Positions 19,944-31,565 of a stretch of 64,000 nt of DNA are shown piece by piece. Each line of letters begins with the position of its first letter. Position 1 is the first letter of the stretch. Made by a program: the position numbers and the translations under genes. The notes beneath the pieces are model-generated. The model saw nothing but the letters and a program-made list of their open reading frames with translations. It did no database searches and was not told the origin of the DNA. The DNA is from Deltaproteobacteria bacterium (lineage in GTDB: Bacteria > Desulfobacterota > Binatia > UBA1149 > JAJCZL01), in NCBI GenBank assembly GCA_029262415.1, contig JAJCZL010000001.1, positions 53,368 through 117,367 on the forward strand. Reading direction: 5' to 3'.

Positions 19944-22900
19944 TCAAAGCTCTAGGCTCTGCGGCGCTGGAACCGATGCCCCGAGCTTAACGAGTACGTG
20001 CCGGTCATGGCCGTCTTGGGGAAAGGACACGACGATGTCGTCTGTCAACCCACCGTCGACAGCCAGGCTCGCCACACCCGTTCCCACGCCGTCCGGGTCT
20101 TCGATGGAAATTACCAATGCACCGGCCGGCCCACGTACGGAAATCTCTGCGTGCCCCCAACCCGTAGGGATGCACGGCTCGATGCGGACGCCGCCGGCCA
20201 CCCGGTGGATACCAAGGATACTTTCGACACCGAGGCGCCATGTCCAAGCCGCGGCCCCGGTGTACCACGTCCAGCCACCACGCCCGCAATGAGGTGAGAC
20301 GCTCGCAATGTCGGCCGCCATTACGTAAGGCTCGACGCGATAACGCTCGGCCGCGGCGCGGTCGAGCGCGTGGCCGATGGGATTTATCACTCGAAAGATC
20401 CTCATCGCGCGATCGGGTTCACCGATTTCCGTCAATGCACAGCCGAGCCATGCAGCCGCGTGGGTATACTGGCCACCGTTCTCGCGCACCCCGGGCGGAT
20501 AGGCTTTGATGTAACCCGGATCGCGGAACGTCTTGTCAAAAGGCGGCCACAGAAGTCTTACGAGACCATCGTCCTCGCGCACGAGCGAACTCTCAGCCGC
20601 CGCGAGAGCTTCTCGTGCTCGCGCCTCAGGAGCCGCGCCCGAGAGCACGCTCCAGGACTGGGCGATGGAGTCGATCCGGCACTCTTCGGATTCCCGCGAC
20701 CCCCACGGCGCACCACTATCGTCAAGTGCACGCCGATACCACTGGCCATCCCAACCGTTCGCTTCGACCGCACGCGCGAGTTCCGCCATTCTGCGCCGCC
20801 AGTGGTCGGCCAGTTCCCCCTCACCCCGTCGATCGCTGAGATCCGCAAAGCCGCGCATCGTCGCGATCGCAAACCAGCCGAGCCAGACACTCTCGCCGAC
20901 CCCGCCGGCGCCGACGCGATTCATTCCGTCATTCCAATCACCACTCCCCATGAGCGGAAGGTCGTGCGCACCCCGGGAGACACCGCGCTCGAGAGCACGC
21001 TCGCAGTGCTCGAAAAGCGAACGCGACTGGCCACTACGCGCAAACAGCGCGTAGCGCTCGCCCTCTTCGGCAGCCAACGCGGCACCGTCTAGAAACGGCA
21101 CGTCTTCGTCTAATATGGAATCGTCGCCCGTCGCCTCGATATAGACCGCTGTGGCGAAGGGAAGCCAGAGCAGATCGTCCGAGCAACGCGTACGCACGCC
21201 GCGTCCGGCGGGCGGGTGCCACCAGTGGAGGACATCGCCCTCTGGGAACTGGTGTGCGGCGCACTCTAGAATGTGCGATCGCAGCCGCGTCGGCGCGACG
21301 TGCACGAGACTCAACGTGTCCTGCAACTGATCGCGGAATCCGATCGCGCCGCCGGACTGGTAAAACCCGCTGCGCGCGAAGAGTCGACTGGATAGCGTTT
21401 GGTAGAGCAGCCAGCGATTCAGCATCAGGTCCATGGCCGCATCCGGCGTGCGCACTTGAACCTGATCGAGTAGATCGTCCCAGTAGGCCTGTATGCGCGT
21501 TAGCGCGGGCGCGATCGCGGCGGGTTCCCGCCAGCGACGGATGAGTTCGAGGCTTTCCTCGCGATTGCTCCCCTGACCAAGCACGAAATGCACCTCGGTT
21601 TCCTCTCCAGGGCCGAGTTCGAGATGTACCTGCAAAGCTGCGCACGGGTCTCCACCGGGCTCGACGCGACCAGAGAGCCCCCAGCGCCGCAGACCTGCAG
21701 GGGAACGCAGGTCTGCGCCTCGGCCGAGGAACTCCTCGCGGTCGGCGGTGAGTCCGTGTGGTTCAATACTCGAGGCCAAAAAGGCTACGCGTTCGCCGAA
21801 TTCCGGCAGCCAAGAACTACGGGCGAGAAGAGCACCGCAGGCCGGGTCGTATTCCGGAACGATGAACGGACTTGTTTCGCTCCGTCGCGAGCCGAGGACC
21901 CATTCTGCGTAATACGTGGCGGTGAGTCGTCGCGGGCGGCCCCAGTGGTTGCGAAGGCGCAAGCGAATCAACTTGACCGGATCGTCGGGTGGAACCAGAA
22001 TTTCGAATACCTGCTCGAGCCCCTCTGCGTTGGAACTCCATCGCGTGCTTCCCGCGCCATGACGCACCTCGTGCGCGACGCTCTGTCCGGCAGGCAACGG
22101 CGTCGGTGTCCACACGCGTCCGGTCTCTTCGTCACGCAAGTACAAAGCCTCGCCGCAGGAATCCGAGACCGGGTCGTTTGTCCAAGGCGTGAGCCGGTTC
22201 TCTCCACTGTTCACCGCCCACGTGAAGCCTCCGCCCGATTCGGTCACAAGGCAGCCGAATCCCTCATTGGCAAGTACGTTCGACCAAGGAGCCGGGGTCG
22301 TTTCGCCGGCTCCCAGAAAAATCACGTACTCCTTCCCATCCGCGCTGAAGCCGCCGAATCCGTTGTCGAACTGTAAGCCGCAAGGCCGCTTGAGCACCGG
22401 CGTAGGCTCGCTCGTTGCTTCCCAGCGGCTGGGTGAAAGAGTCGGAAGTTCCGCGCGAGGCTCCTCTACTTCTGAAATCTGCAGCTCGAGTGATCCACGG
22501 TCCGCGTCTAGAATCACACCGGCAGCGACATGCAGCAGTCGCGTGTCTGTATCCGACAGTTGGTCGGCTGCCAGGACGTGGACACCGCCGTTCCGGCCGA
22601 GGCGCTCGTACGCGCCCAACTCTTGAAGAAGCGCGAGGAGTCTTTCGCCGACCGGTTCAACGTAACCAGACGCGGCCTCGCGTAGCACCACAAGGTCGAC
22701 GTCAAGCCCCTTCTCGTGCCATAGGCGGTGGCCGGCGACGAGATCCTGGAATAGCTCGCTCACCTCTGCCACGCGGGTTTTGAACAGCAGGATCGGGAGA
22801 TCTCCTGACAGACCCATCCCCCAAAGGTGCGGCTGCCCGAGACGGTTTTCATTCAGTAACTCAGGCGCGCATCGTCGCACGCGTTGTGGGTAGACCAAGA

Positions 22901-25900
22901 GCGAGGCAAGGCGTTGCAGTGCCGGCAGCCGCGAACCATCCAGCCCGATCTGGCTCAATTGCCGGCACGCGTCGGTCGCAGCATCTGCGATCACCCAATC
23001 GAGCGCGCTGGGTGTCTGATAGCGATCGGCTATCTCGAGAACCGATTCGCGCGATCCCGCCGCCAGGGTCGCAAACGCGAGGCACTGATTCTGTCCGGCC
23101 TCTAGTTCGATGTGCACGCACAGCGAGGCAACGGCATCCAACGTAAACCCGGTTGAGGCGTCCGAGGATCGCACGCGACCCTCCGGATTCCGCACGTCGC
23201 GGCCACGACCGAGAAACGCGTGTCGGTCAGCCTCGAACCCGATAAGCCTGACGCCCGGCGTATCCGCGATCAGTCGGTGTAACAGAACCGGCGGCCGTTC
23301 CTCCGGCCCGCGCGGTCGGCGCGTAAAGAGAAGACCTGCATGGTTCTCAACCCACTCGCTGCGCACAAAGAGCTTACTGAAGGCCGGGTGTCGTTCGTCG
23401 TCACGCGGTAATGCAAGAGCGACCTCTGCGTAACTGGTAAGCGTGAGCGTTCTGGGACGCTCGGTCTCGTTGACGATCGTGAAGCGGCGAACCTCGACAT
23501 CGTCGGCGGGCATGACGGCAACTTCCATGTGAATGCCGATCCCGTAATCATGCCGGTGAAACTCCGCCAGGTGAGTAGAGAAGACGGCGGAAGCTTCGTC
23601 ATCGGCTATTTCAGACGGGCCCGGTACGGCTAACCACTGTTCGCCCGTGTCTTCGTCTTTTACGTAGAACCGCAGACCTTGGCTTTCGCAGGTAGGATCC
23701 GGCGTCCAGCGCGTCAGAGCGTAATCGTGCCAGCGAAGGCCGCCTGCCCCGCTATCGGTGATCGCGCTTGAAAGCCGACCGTTCCCGAGTAGATGGAGCG
23801 CAGTGCCGCGTTCTCCTGTAGGCGACCACGACTGTGGCGAAGGCAGAGACGTAGGGTGTACTTGCGACGCATGGGGTTCGGTCAGCGGTAGCACTTCCAG
23901 AGGCCGCTCGCTCGGCACACGTTCGTGTAGGAGCAGCTCGACCGATCGCACGCGAGGGTCGGCGTGCACGCGTCGGATGAGAACATCATCACAAAGAGCG
24001 TTATCAAGCGCCGCGAGGATCATGCCCTGATGATGTGCCATGTAAGACTGGACCGGATTCATGCGACAACCCCAGGGGACACGGTCGGATGTGAAGTCGG
24101 CGGCCTCATACAGTCCGTGCTCGCCGATCATCTCCATTGACTTGAGTTCGCGTAGATTCTCCAGTGCAGTGAATACGTCACAGCCGAGCGCGAGGACCGT
24201 CGCGTACGGTGCGACCACGCTATCCTCGGAAAGGTCGCGCCGAAGCCCCAAGCCGGGAACGCCGAAGGCGCGGTAGCGGTAGTTGCGGTCGGCGTCGAGC
24301 GCTGCGAACCCGGATTCCGAAACACCCCAGGGCATCTTCTGTTCGCTACCGTAGCGTCGTTGCGCCTCGATAGCCGCGCACTCGCTCTGCGCCAAGAGCG
24401 TGCCTCTCTCGCTACGAAACAACAGCGCAGGCATCAGGTACTCGAACAGCGAGCCGCCCCAGGAGACCAAACAAAGCCTCCCCCCGGCCACCGTGAGCCC
24501 CCGGCCGAGATGGAACCAATGCTCGAGCGGCAGGTCTCCCTTGGCGATGGCCACGAAGCTGGCAATCCGCGCCTCCGATGCAAGAAGATCGTAATGGTGG
24601 GAATCGATCTGATCGGCGCTGACGTTGTATCCGATATGAAACAGGCGTGTCTGCGTGTCGTAGAGCCAGCGGAAGTCGATGGCCAGTGCGATGCTGTCCG
24701 CCTCGGCCGCTTGGCTGATAAGTTCGCTACGAAGCCGGCTAATGGCACGCTCGCCATCGTCAAGCGCCACCGCCAGTCGCTCACACCATGGTGTGTTCGC
24801 TTCGCATTGTTCCAGCGCCGCCAGCTTTTCACGCACCTCGACAATCCGGCTGGCAGTCAGTGCGAGCGGAAGCGACAAAGCGAGCAGGTGTTCGAACTCG
24901 TGGGCCACCAAGCCCATTGATTCGGGGGCGGATGTCCACAACCGCGCCCACGGCGCGTAGGTATCAACCTCGCGGCGCATTTCGTCAATTTGATGGTGGA
25001 CCCGATCGAGCCAGATGCGAACGTCGCGCAGAACCGCCAACTCGAGGTCACCTTTGCCGTCGTCAAGAGCTTCTCTGAGTTCGCGTTCGAAAGATTGCCC
25101 CTCGCCGTCGATGAAGACGCGGAGTGTCGCTACCCATTGCATCGGATCGTCCCGGGCAATCTCACCGCTGGATTGCAGCGCGCGCAGCATTGAGCCGAGA
25201 CGTTCGCGACGATTGTGATCACCGAGCTTCGCGAGGTCGTCCTCCAGCAACGCAAGCAGATCGACGATTCCGTCCCAGCGCGCCGGCCGGAACGCGCTCT
25301 GCTCGGAGATCTCCGAGCATCCCTGCTTCAACGCAATCAGACTTGCCGCAAGGTTTCCGCTGTCAACGGTCGAGACATAGCGTGGTGCAAGCGGTTCGAG
25401 GGAGCGCGTGTCGTACCAATTCAGGAAGTGCCCGCGGTAGCGCTCCAGACGCTCCAAGGTGTCGAGCACGTTGGCCAGCCGTGATGCCAGCTCGCCCGTC
25501 CCCAGGTAGCCGAGATCCCACGCGGCAAGCGACGAAAGCAACAACATCCCGATGTTTGTTGGAGAGGTCCGATGGGCGACGACAGGGCCCGGGTGTTCTT
25601 GAAAGTTGTCGGGCGGCAGCCACTGATCTTCCGGACCACTGAAGGTCTCGAAAAACAGCCAGGTCCGGCGTGCGAGCTGACGCAGGAAACGACGGTCTTC
25701 ACGCGAGAGCCGAGCCTTCCGCTCCTCATGTTCCGATCCCAGCCGAAACGCCACTTCGGGAGAGACAAGCCAAGCCACGAGAAGCAGCGCAGCACTCGGC
25801 AGAGCATCAGGACGGATCCACCACAACAGAGCACCCAGCACGACGGCGGTGATCGGTCCTGCGAACATCGTGCGCCACTCGAGCGCGCGGCCGGAAAACT

Positions 25901-28412
25901 TCTCGAACTGCTGTGCCGTGTGTGCTGCAGTCGTCCATTCAAGCAACCCGCGCCTGGTGATGAAGATCCGCGCGCAGGTGCGCAAGATCGCGTCGAGGGC
26001 GATCCAAGCCTCGTACGGCAAAAAGACGACGAGAAGCAGCCAGCGTCCAGCGTGGTCGAGAAAGCGTCGAAAAGCCGGCCGAACCGCGCTACGGCGGCGT
26101 CCCCAACCAAACCCGGTCACCAGATCGGTAAACAGGTGACCGGCGGGCGCAAGCACGCCCAAGATGGTCCACAACCAAGGATTCCCCGGTAGAAGCAACC
26201 ATCCCACCGCGAACATCACGATGAGACTCGGCGCGAGGAGACTCCTACGCAAGTTGTCTAGGATCTTCCAGCGATCGATCACCTCGAGCCGGTTCGAGAG
26301 CCGGGAGTTGTGCGGTCCCGGAACTTGGCGGCCCAGCCAGGGGAGAAGCTGCCAGTCACCACGGATCCAGCGGTGCATGCGGCGCACGAACTCCGGGTAA
26401 CGGCGTGGGAACGATTCGTAAAGCACAACGTCTGTGGCGAGTGCGACACGCCCGTGGATCCCTTCGAATAGATCGTGGCTGGCGAGGGCATTCTCCGGCA
26501 CACGCCCCTCTAGGCTCCGGGCAAATGAATCGACGTCGTAGATTCCTTTGCCGACATAGATGCCGCTCGAGAACAGATCCTGGTAGACATCCGAAACTGC
26601 ACGACTGTAGATATCGATAGCGGTGTCGCCGGCAAACAGCCTGGTGAATGGAGAACGATTGCCACTTGCGGGATCGATCTCGACGCGGGGCTGGACGACG
26701 GTGTAACCCGCGACGACTCGACCGCTCTCTTCGTCGAACTGCGCACGGTTGAGGGGATGCGCCATGATTCCGACCAGCCGTGGCACCGAGCCACGCGGCA
26801 AAACCGTATCCGCATCAAGAGTCACCACGAAGCGAATCCCATGCAAGCGTTGCGCATCGCCGGCTTGAACCGAAAACATCGGCGATTCATCGCCCCGCAG
26901 TAGCCGGTTCAGATCTTCGAGCTTCCCGCGCTTTCGCTCCCATGCCATCCAGCGCTTTTCGCACGGGTTGTAGAGGCGTGGGCGGTGCAGCAGATGGAAG
27001 GGACCCACTTCGGAGCCGGCGTAGCGCTGGTTGAGGCTTGTCACGCCGGCGACGAGAGCATCGGTGATTGCATCGTCGCCCGGCATGCGCTCCGCATCCG
27101 CGTCGGTGAAGTCGGTCAACAAAACGAACTCAAGCGCCGCCTCCGGATTGGCCAAGTAGTGTCCCTCGAGCTTCTCGAGCAGGCGGTCTAATTCGCCGCG
27201 ATTCCCCGCAAGGCTGGGGATTACCACCGCGGTCTTAAATTCAAGTGGTATGCCGTCCGCGAAGTCGAGCTTGGGAAGGACGCTCGGCGACACCAGCCGC
27301 GTCAGCACCCAGTGAACCGCGGTGATGCCGAGGACGGACGCGGGCAGAACTACAACGAAGAATGCAGTCACCCACATACTCGGCGCCGCACCGAGATTGG
27401 CTAGATACGCCGTCGGAAGTGCTAGAACAGCCAAGATTGCGCTGACGAGCGTGAGACCGTAGGCACCTGTATTGTGGCGACCCAACCAGCGTCTGATCCG
27501 CGCTTTGATCGGTACGCGACAGGCCAACGAACGCTCGAACTCCTCGCTGCCCGCGCCGGTCAGCCAAAAACCTACGTGGCCGCGACGCTGATCGCCGAGA
27601 GTGTGGCGTTGCGCGTACGCCACTACACGTTCGGCGACCTCTATCTCGGAATGCATCGTCGCGCGGCTCAACACTTCGACAGTACGGCGGTAGCGATCGG
27701 CCGTCTCGAAGTCCATTCGGGCGTAGATGCCGGCCGGGTCGCGAAGTAGCACCGCTTCAACGCGGCTGCAGCTTTTGAAGAAGTCTTTCCACGAGATCGA
27801 TGCGATCACGCGCAGGTTACCGAGTGCACGAGCCACACACTCGGTGTCTTCCAGGATCGGGGTCGGCCTCGGCCGCACCTTGAAGGGTGGCGGCAGTGAC
27901 GGCATTATTCGTTCCACCGCGGCGACGAGCGTTTCGACGCAGGCGATCCGGAGTGCAGTCGGAAGCGCCCAAAGCTCCGCGGTCGTCAGTGTCGCGTCGT
28001 GTTGGTATACGTCAACGAAACGGGTCACGGTCGAGAGCGAAAGTTGAAGAAGAGATGCGTCTAGGAGCCCCCGTGCGAGCGCCAAGATGCGTGGCGCTCG
28101 GTCCTGGTCTTCTCCGGCCAGTGCCGGCAACTGGTGGTAAAAACCGCTCGGCAGGTCCTGTTCTATCTGTATAACGGCGCGGTGAACCAGGTAGTCGTTA
28201 TCGAGCAGCCACTCAGCGGCCTTGGCGGCACTGCGTTCCGGCTGCGACAACCCCGCCCGTGCCCGCACGAGCCAAGCCTTTACGCGGGCGATCTCCGACC
28301 ACGACGGCGCCGGGTGCGGGGGCCTGTCGGCCAATGCGTGCCCACGGGCGAACTCGCTCGCGACGAAATCGAGAGCATGCTCGGGAGATTCCGAGCCTGC
28401 CGAAGCGGTCAC
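19944..28412 (-). CDS. Cyclic beta-1,2-glucan synthase (GT84 synthase plus C-terminal GH94 phosphorylase), Cgs/NdvB-like
   Basis: [40 protein letters not shown]; GH94 part [32 protein letters not shown]; 2822 aa. Confidence 0.93.
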   Translation of the reverse strand: MTASAGSESPEHALDFVASEFARGHALADRPPHPAPSWSEIARVKAWLVRARAGLSQPERSAAKAAEWLLDNDYLVHRAVIQIEQDLPSGFYHQLPALAGEDQDRAPRILALARGLLDASLLQLSLSTVTRFVDVYQHDATLTTAELWALPTALRIACVETLVAAVERIMPSLPPPFKVRPRPTPILEDTECVARALGNLRVIASISWKDFFKSCSRVEAVLLRDPAGIYARMDFETADRYRRTVEVLSRATMHSEIEVAERVVAYAQRHTLGDQRRGHVGFWLTGAGSEEFERSLACRVPIKARIRRWLGRHNTGAYGLTLVSAILAVLALPTAYLANLGAAPSMWVTAFFVVVLPASVLGITAVHWVLTRLVSPSVLPKLDFADGIPLEFKTAVVIPSLAGNRGELDRLLEKLEGHYLANPEAALEFVLLTDFTDADAERMPGDDAITDALVAGVTSLNQRYAGSEVGPFHLLHRPRLYNPCEKRWMAWERKRGKLEDLNRLLRGDESPMFSVQAGDAQRLHGIRFVVTLDADTVLPRGSVPRLVGIMAHPLNRAQFDEESGRVVAGYTVVQPRVEIDPASGNRSPFTRLFAGDTAIDIYSRAVSDVYQDLFSSGIYVGKGIYDVDSFARSLEGRVPENALASHDLFEGIHGRVALATDVVLYESFPRRYPEFVRRMHRWIRGDWQLLPWLGRQVPGPHNSRLSNRLEVIDRWKILDNLRRSLLAPSLIVMFAVGWLLLPGNPWLWTILGVLAPAGHLFTDLVTGFGWGRRRSAVRPAFRRFLDHAGRWLLLVVFLPYEAWIALDAILRTCARIFITRRGLLEWTTAAHTAQQFEKFSGRALEWRTMFAGPITAVVLGALLWWIRPDALPSAALLLVAWLVSPEVAFRLGSEHEERKARLSREDRRFLRQLARRTWLFFETFSGPEDQWLPPDNFQEHPGPVVAHRTSPTNIGMLLLSSLAAWDLGYLGTGELASRLANVLDTLERLERYRGHFLNWYDTRSLEPLAPRYVSTVDSGNLAASLIALKQGCSEISEQSAFRPARWDGIVDLLALLEDDLAKLGDHNRRERLGSMLRALQSSGEIARDDPMQWVATLRVFIDGEGQSFERELREALDDGKGDLELAVLRDVRIWLDRVHHQIDEMRREVDTYAPWARLWTSAPESMGLVAHEFEHLLALSLPLALTASRIVEVREKLAALEQCEANTPWCERLAVALDDGERAISRLRSELISQAAEADSIALAIDFRWLYDTQTRLFHIGYNVSADQIDSHHYDLLASEARIASFVAIAKGDLPLEHWFHLGRGLTVAGGRLCLVSWGGSLFEYLMPALLFRSERGTLLAQSECAAIEAQRRYGSEQKMPWGVSESGFAALDADRNYRYRAFGVPGLGLRRDLSEDSVVAPYATVLALGCDVFTALENLRELKSMEMIGEHGLYEAADFTSDRVPWGCRMNPVQSYMAHHQGMILAALDNALCDDVLIRRVHADPRVRSVELLLHERVPSERPLEVLPLTEPHASQVHPTSLPSPQSWSPTGERGTALHLLGNGRLSSAITDSGAGGLRWHDYALTRWTPDPTCESQGLRFYVKDEDTGEQWLAVPGPSEIADDEASAVFSTHLAEFHRHDYGIGIHMEVAVMPADDVEVRRFTIVNETERPRTLTLTSYAEVALALPRDDERHPAFSKLFVRSEWVENHAGLLFTRRPRGPEERPPVLLHRLIADTPGVRLIGFEADRHAFLGRGRDVRNPEGRVRSSDASTGFTLDAVASLCVHIELEAGQNQCLAFATLAAGSRESVLEIADRYQTPSALDWVIADAATDACRQLSQIGLDGSRLPALQRLASLLVYPQRVRRCAPELLNENRLGQPHLWGMGLSGDLPILLFKTRVAEVSELFQDLVAGHRLWHEKGLDVDLVVLREAASGYVEPVGERLLALLQELGAYERLGRNGGVHVLAADQLSDTDTRLLHVAAGVILDADRGSLELQISEVEEPRAELPTLSPSRWEATSEPTPVLKRPCGLQFDNGFGGFSADGKEYVIFLGAGETTPAPWSNVLANEGFGCLVTESGGGFTWAVNSGENRLTPWTNDPVSDSCGEALYLRDEETGRVWTPTPLPAGQSVAHEVRHGAGSTRWSSNAEGLEQVFEILVPPDDPVKLIRLRLRNHWGRPRRLTATYYAEWVLGSRRSETSPFIVPEYDPACGALLARSSWLPEFGERVAFLASSIEPHGLTADREEFLGRGADLRSPAGLRRWGLSGRVEPGGDPCAALQVHLELGPGEETEVHFVLGQGSNREESLELIRRWREPAAIAPALTRIQAYWDDLLDQVQVRTPDAAMDLMLNRWLLYQTLSSRLFARSGFYQSGGAIGFRDQLQDTLSLVHVAPTRLRSHILECAAHQFPEGDVLHWWHPPAGRGVRTRCSDDLLWLPFATAVYIEATGDDSILDEDVPFLDGAALAAEEGERYALFARSGQSRSLFEHCERALERGVSRGAHDLPLMGSGDWNDGMNRVGAGGVGESVWLGWFAIATMRGFADLSDRRGEGELADHWRRRMAELARAVEANGWDGQWYRRALDDSGAPWGSRESEECRIDSIAQSWSVLSGAAPEARAREALAAAESSLVREDDGLVRLLWPPFDKTFRDPGYIKAYPPGVRENGGQYTHAAAWLGCALTEIGEPDRAMRIFRVINPIGHALDRAAAERYRVEPYVMAADIASVSPHCGRGGWTWYTGAAAWTWRLGVESILGIHRVAGGVRIEPCIPTGWGHAEISVRGPAGALVISIEDPDGVGTGVASLAVDGGLTDDIVVSFPQDGHDRHVLVKLGASVPAPQSLEL

Positions 28413-29500
28413 AACCTACCGAGTCCCGAAGAAGGCGACCGCTCCGACGGTCGGGCGGACGGTTGGCCGACCTGACGTGCCCGACGGCCATCGCGGTCGC
28501 GCACGACCAGAAGCGGAATATTAGCATGGGTCAATATGTACTCGGTGACGCCGCCACAAGGAGAATCGATCCGACCCGATGCCCCGTGAGCCGACATGAC
28601 AACGAGATCTGCTTTCTCTTCGCGGATTAGTTGCTCGAGTTTCGTACGTACCCTTCCGTCTCCGACCACCAAGGTACGAACGCGGGTTCCGCTCTGCTTG
28701 ATGCGAGCACGAAGACGGTCGAGATAGGCGCTTGCTACCCGCTCGTTGCGCTCCATCACAGTGCGCTTGAGCTCTGCTCCCTCCGCGTCCGGCGAACCCA
28801 TCTGAATAATCTCGGGGTCTGGAACGACATGAACGAGGAGAATCTCGGCGTCTTGCGCGGCGGCAATACGTATCGCGGTCGGAACGACGCTCTCCGCGCG
28901 AGGCGACCCGTCGAGCGGCAGCAAAATCCGCTGGTATTGCACGCTGTTGCCTTTCGCCGCTGCGGCAGCCGGCACCAGCAGCAGCGATCCCGGTACGCGA
29001 TCGATAAGCTTACGGGCCGTCCCGCCGAGGTCCCACTCGGTCAGCCCGCGCGTCCCATGACTGCAGAGAGCCGTGAGGTCGACATCGTGGCGCTTGGCCC
29101 AGTTGCAGATCTGCTCCGCGGGATTACCCTGAATAACCTCGGAGCAAACTACTGTGTCACGGTTACCGAGCCGCGTTGTGGCTATGTCGAGAAGCGCCCG
29201 TGCCTCCAGCTGGCGGATACCCCAATCAAGCGGGTCTGCCGGCACGTCACCCGCCACTCCCGCCTCGGAATCAAGTACGTGGAGCAGCGTCAGCCGTGCA
29301 CCTAGTGCTCGCGCGATGAGCCGCGCGTGGGGAACGATTCCGCTTCCGAGTTCAGAGCCATCGAGGCAGGCCACCATTTCACCGACGCAACTCGACTTGG
29401 TCGCGGACTTATCTAGGTGCCGCCGCGGAGGATCCGGATGCGGCGGGCCAACCAACGAATGAGAGCTCAAACCCATCGGTGCGAATAACTCTACGTTCAT
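28409..29500 (-). CDS. Tandem-domain universal stress protein
   Basis: Two USP domains (CSHGTRG; MSAHGASG...CGGVTEYIL); RBS GGAGGAG before ATG 29500; stop overlaps the glucan synthase GTG. Confidence 0.9.
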   Translation of the reverse strand: MNVELFAPMGLSSHSLVGPPHPDPPRRHLDKSATKSSCVGEMVACLDGSELGSGIVPHARLIARALGARLTLLHVLDSEAGVAGDVPADPLDWGIRQLEARALLDIATTRLGNRDTVVCSEVIQGNPAEQICNWAKRHDVDLTALCSHGTRGLTEWDLGGTARKLIDRVPGSLLLVPAAAAAKGNSVQYQRILLPLDGSPRAESVVPTAIRIAAAQDAEILLVHVVPDPEIIQMGSPDAEGAELKRTVMERNERVASAYLDRLRARIKQSGTRVRTLVVGDGRVRTKLEQLIREEKADLVVMSAHGASGRIDSPCGGVTEYILTHANIPLLVVRDRDGRRARQVGQPSARPSERSPSSGLGRL

Positions 29501-29550
29501 TGACTCCTCCGGCGCTGACGGAGCGCGCGTCTGCCGAGCACTTATGAAGC

Positions 29551-29566
29551 TGCAACGACTGTGCCG
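29551..29566 (-). promoter_or_regulatory. sigma54-like promoter of the usp-cgs-xfp operon
   Basis: CGGCACAGTCGTTGCA on the minus strand, about 50 bp upstream of ATG 29500. Confidence 0.65.
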
Positions 29567-29713
29567 ACGGGTACACACCGCCGACCCGCCTCTGGCGCTC
29601 AGCCGGCAGGAAACCCGCGGCAGCGTGACTTGATTGGTGTGGCCGATTGTCCCTTTTTGAGGCTCGCTATCACACGCCGGATCTCGACCGGCAGGGCTGA
29701 TTGGACGCGCTGG

Positions 29714-29729
29714 TGGTACGCCGGTTGCA
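29714..29729 (+). promoter_or_regulatory. sigma54-like promoter
   Basis: TGGTACGCCGGTTGCA upstream of ORF 29814. Confidence 0.65.
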
Positions 29730-29813
29730 AAAGTATATTCGGGTTGTTCGAGTTGTCGGGTCCTTTGGCCCTAGTCTCGGAGCACCCTAGTCGTACGTGA
29801 GGAGGGCATTGGT

Positions 29814-30080
29814 ATGGAAAGCGAACTGAAGAAGCGGCTTGGGGTCGAGATTGATACGCTGCGCCAGGCACGCGACGAGTTACGCGTGCAGATTCACCTC
29901 GGTGCAGCCGAGGCTCGGCAAGTCTGGGAGGGGATCGAGAAGAACTGGGGGCACCTTGAGGCGAGACTCAAACGTGTCGGTCATGCCACGCAGGAGTCGG
30001 CAACCGAGATCGAAGAGGCAGCTGAGACGCTCGTGAAGAAGATAAAGGACGGCTACAAGCACGTTCGTGAACTGCTGTAG
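29814..30080 (+). CDS. Small coiled-coil hypothetical protein
   Basis: 88 aa, RDELRVQIHLGAAEAR; RBS GAGGAGG; upstream sigma54 site. Confidence 0.8.
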   Translation: MESELKKRLGVEIDTLRQARDELRVQIHLGAAEARQVWEGIEKNWGHLEARLKRVGHATQESATEIEEAAETLVKKIKDGYKHVRELL

Positions 30081-30130
30081 TCTGGAACGCCAAGACATCC
30101 GCAACCGCTATGCCGCGCGGCTCGTTCGAC

Positions 30131-30379
30131 TCAGCCGACTCCGCTGTCCGTCGCCCTGCTCTCTGCGCAGCCGTCGGCGGTCGGCAGATGCATCGGCGGC
30201 TGCAGTGATGGACACGGTACTCGCTCGACCGATTCGACCGTCCATTCGCTACCGCTGTGCTCAACGAGGAAGCCGTTTACCGTACGCTGAGCCACGATCA
30301 GGCTCAGCGCTGCGACCTCGACCTTCACTCGTATGCCCGTAAGTGGGCAGAGGCTCCACGTGTATCGGTAGTATTTCAT
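30131..30379 (-). CDS. Small hypothetical protein (82 aa)
   Basis: ATG 30379 with GAGGGG RBS and a sigma54 site upstream; no family recognised. Confidence 0.5.
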   Translation of the reverse strand: MKYYRYTWSLCPLTGIRVKVEVAALSLIVAQRTVNGFLVEHSGSEWTVESVERVPCPSLQPPMHLPTADGCAESRATDSGVG

Positions 30380-30458
30380 AGCTTGCCCCTCGCCTATTAC
30401 CGGCGTGATGACTCCCACCCAACGCAGACCCGCTGCCAAGTCCGCCTATCCTGCAACA

Positions 30459-30474
30459 AGCATTGTTCGTGCCA
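30459..30474 (-). promoter_or_regulatory. sigma54-like promoter
   Basis: TGGCACGAACAATGCT on the minus strand. Confidence 0.6.
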
Positions 30475-30679
30475 AGCTGCCTCATAGACGGCGTCGCCGG
30501 GCGGCCCCCCGGCGATCCTGACCGCGCGTCCTACGAACTGCCCGCCCGGTTTGGGCGGTACGCCACATCGCGAGGCATCGGTTCTCAACCCCTACGACGC
30601 CCCGACGACGCCAGGTTCCCAGGCGGTGGAGATTCACTTCTACGGCGGTCGCGGCTACAGGTGCGTACACCCGCTCGCA

Positions 30680-31522
30680 ATGGATATATCCGGCTTCATC
30701 TGGATCTTCGTGATCCTCATGGTCATGCAGCCCATGCTCAAGCAGCGCCTTCTCGAGAGTTCGCGCCGGCGCCTGATTGCTCAGTTTGAGAAGAAACGTA
30801 GTTCCCGCGTAATCTTGCTCGTCCATCGCCAAGAGACAATGTCGATCCTCGGCTTTCCGGTTTTGCGCTACGTGGATGTGCACGACTCAGAGGAGATCTT
30901 GCGCGCGCTACATCTTACTGATCCGAACGTCCCGCTCGACCTGGTCTTGCACACACCCGGTGGTCTTTTCCTTTCGGCCCTTCAAATCGCGCGCGCGGTC
31001 AAGCGCCACAAGGGGCACGTCACCGTGTTCGTCCCTCACTACGCAATGTCGGGGGGCGCGCTGATCGCCTTGGCTGCCGACCAAATTGTCATGTGTGAGG
31101 ATGCGGTGTTGGGTCCGGTCGACCCACAGCTTGGACAGAAATCGGCGGCCTCGGTGTTAGCGGCAGTAGCGAAGAAACCGGTCGACAAAGTCGACGACGA
31201 AACGCTCATGCTTGCAGACCAAGCCGAGAAGGCGATTCGCCAGGTCCGTTCGGCTGTCACTTTCCTGTTGACCGACCGACTGCCACCCACGCAGACCGAG
31301 GAATTGGCTGAGCTGTTAACCCGCGGAGCGTGGACACACGACCATGGCATAACCCCCGATGATGCGCGCGAGATGGGTCTGCCTGTCGAAACCGACATCC
31401 CCCACGAGATCCTGCAGCTCATGGACCTTTACCCGCAACCGGTACGACGGCAGCCATCGGTCGAATACCTTCCCGAACACCATCCCGCGCCCGTGCCCGA
31501 TCCGGCCAACCGGCAGCCCTAG
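30680..31522 (+). CDS. SDH-family Clp-fold serine protease
   Basis: N-terminal TM; LIHRQE-like LVHRQET, LHTPGG, AMSGGALIALAA, LGPVDPQ, WTHDHGI; ATG 30680 preferred. Confidence 0.88.
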   Translation: MDISGFIWIFVILMVMQPMLKQRLLESSRRRLIAQFEKKRSSRVILLVHRQETMSILGFPVLRYVDVHDSEEILRALHLTDPNVPLDLVLHTPGGLFLSALQIARAVKRHKGHVTVFVPHYAMSGGALIALAADQIVMCEDAVLGPVDPQLGQKSAASVLAAVAKKPVDKVDDETLMLADQAEKAIRQVRSAVTFLLTDRLPPTQTEELAELLTRGAWTHDHGITPDDAREMGLPVETDIPHEILQLMDLYPQPVRRQPSVEYLPEHHPAPVPDPANRQP

Positions 31523-31565
31523 TACCGAACAATCCAGCCTGAGAGGAGAGTTCTGCGTGTGCCCG

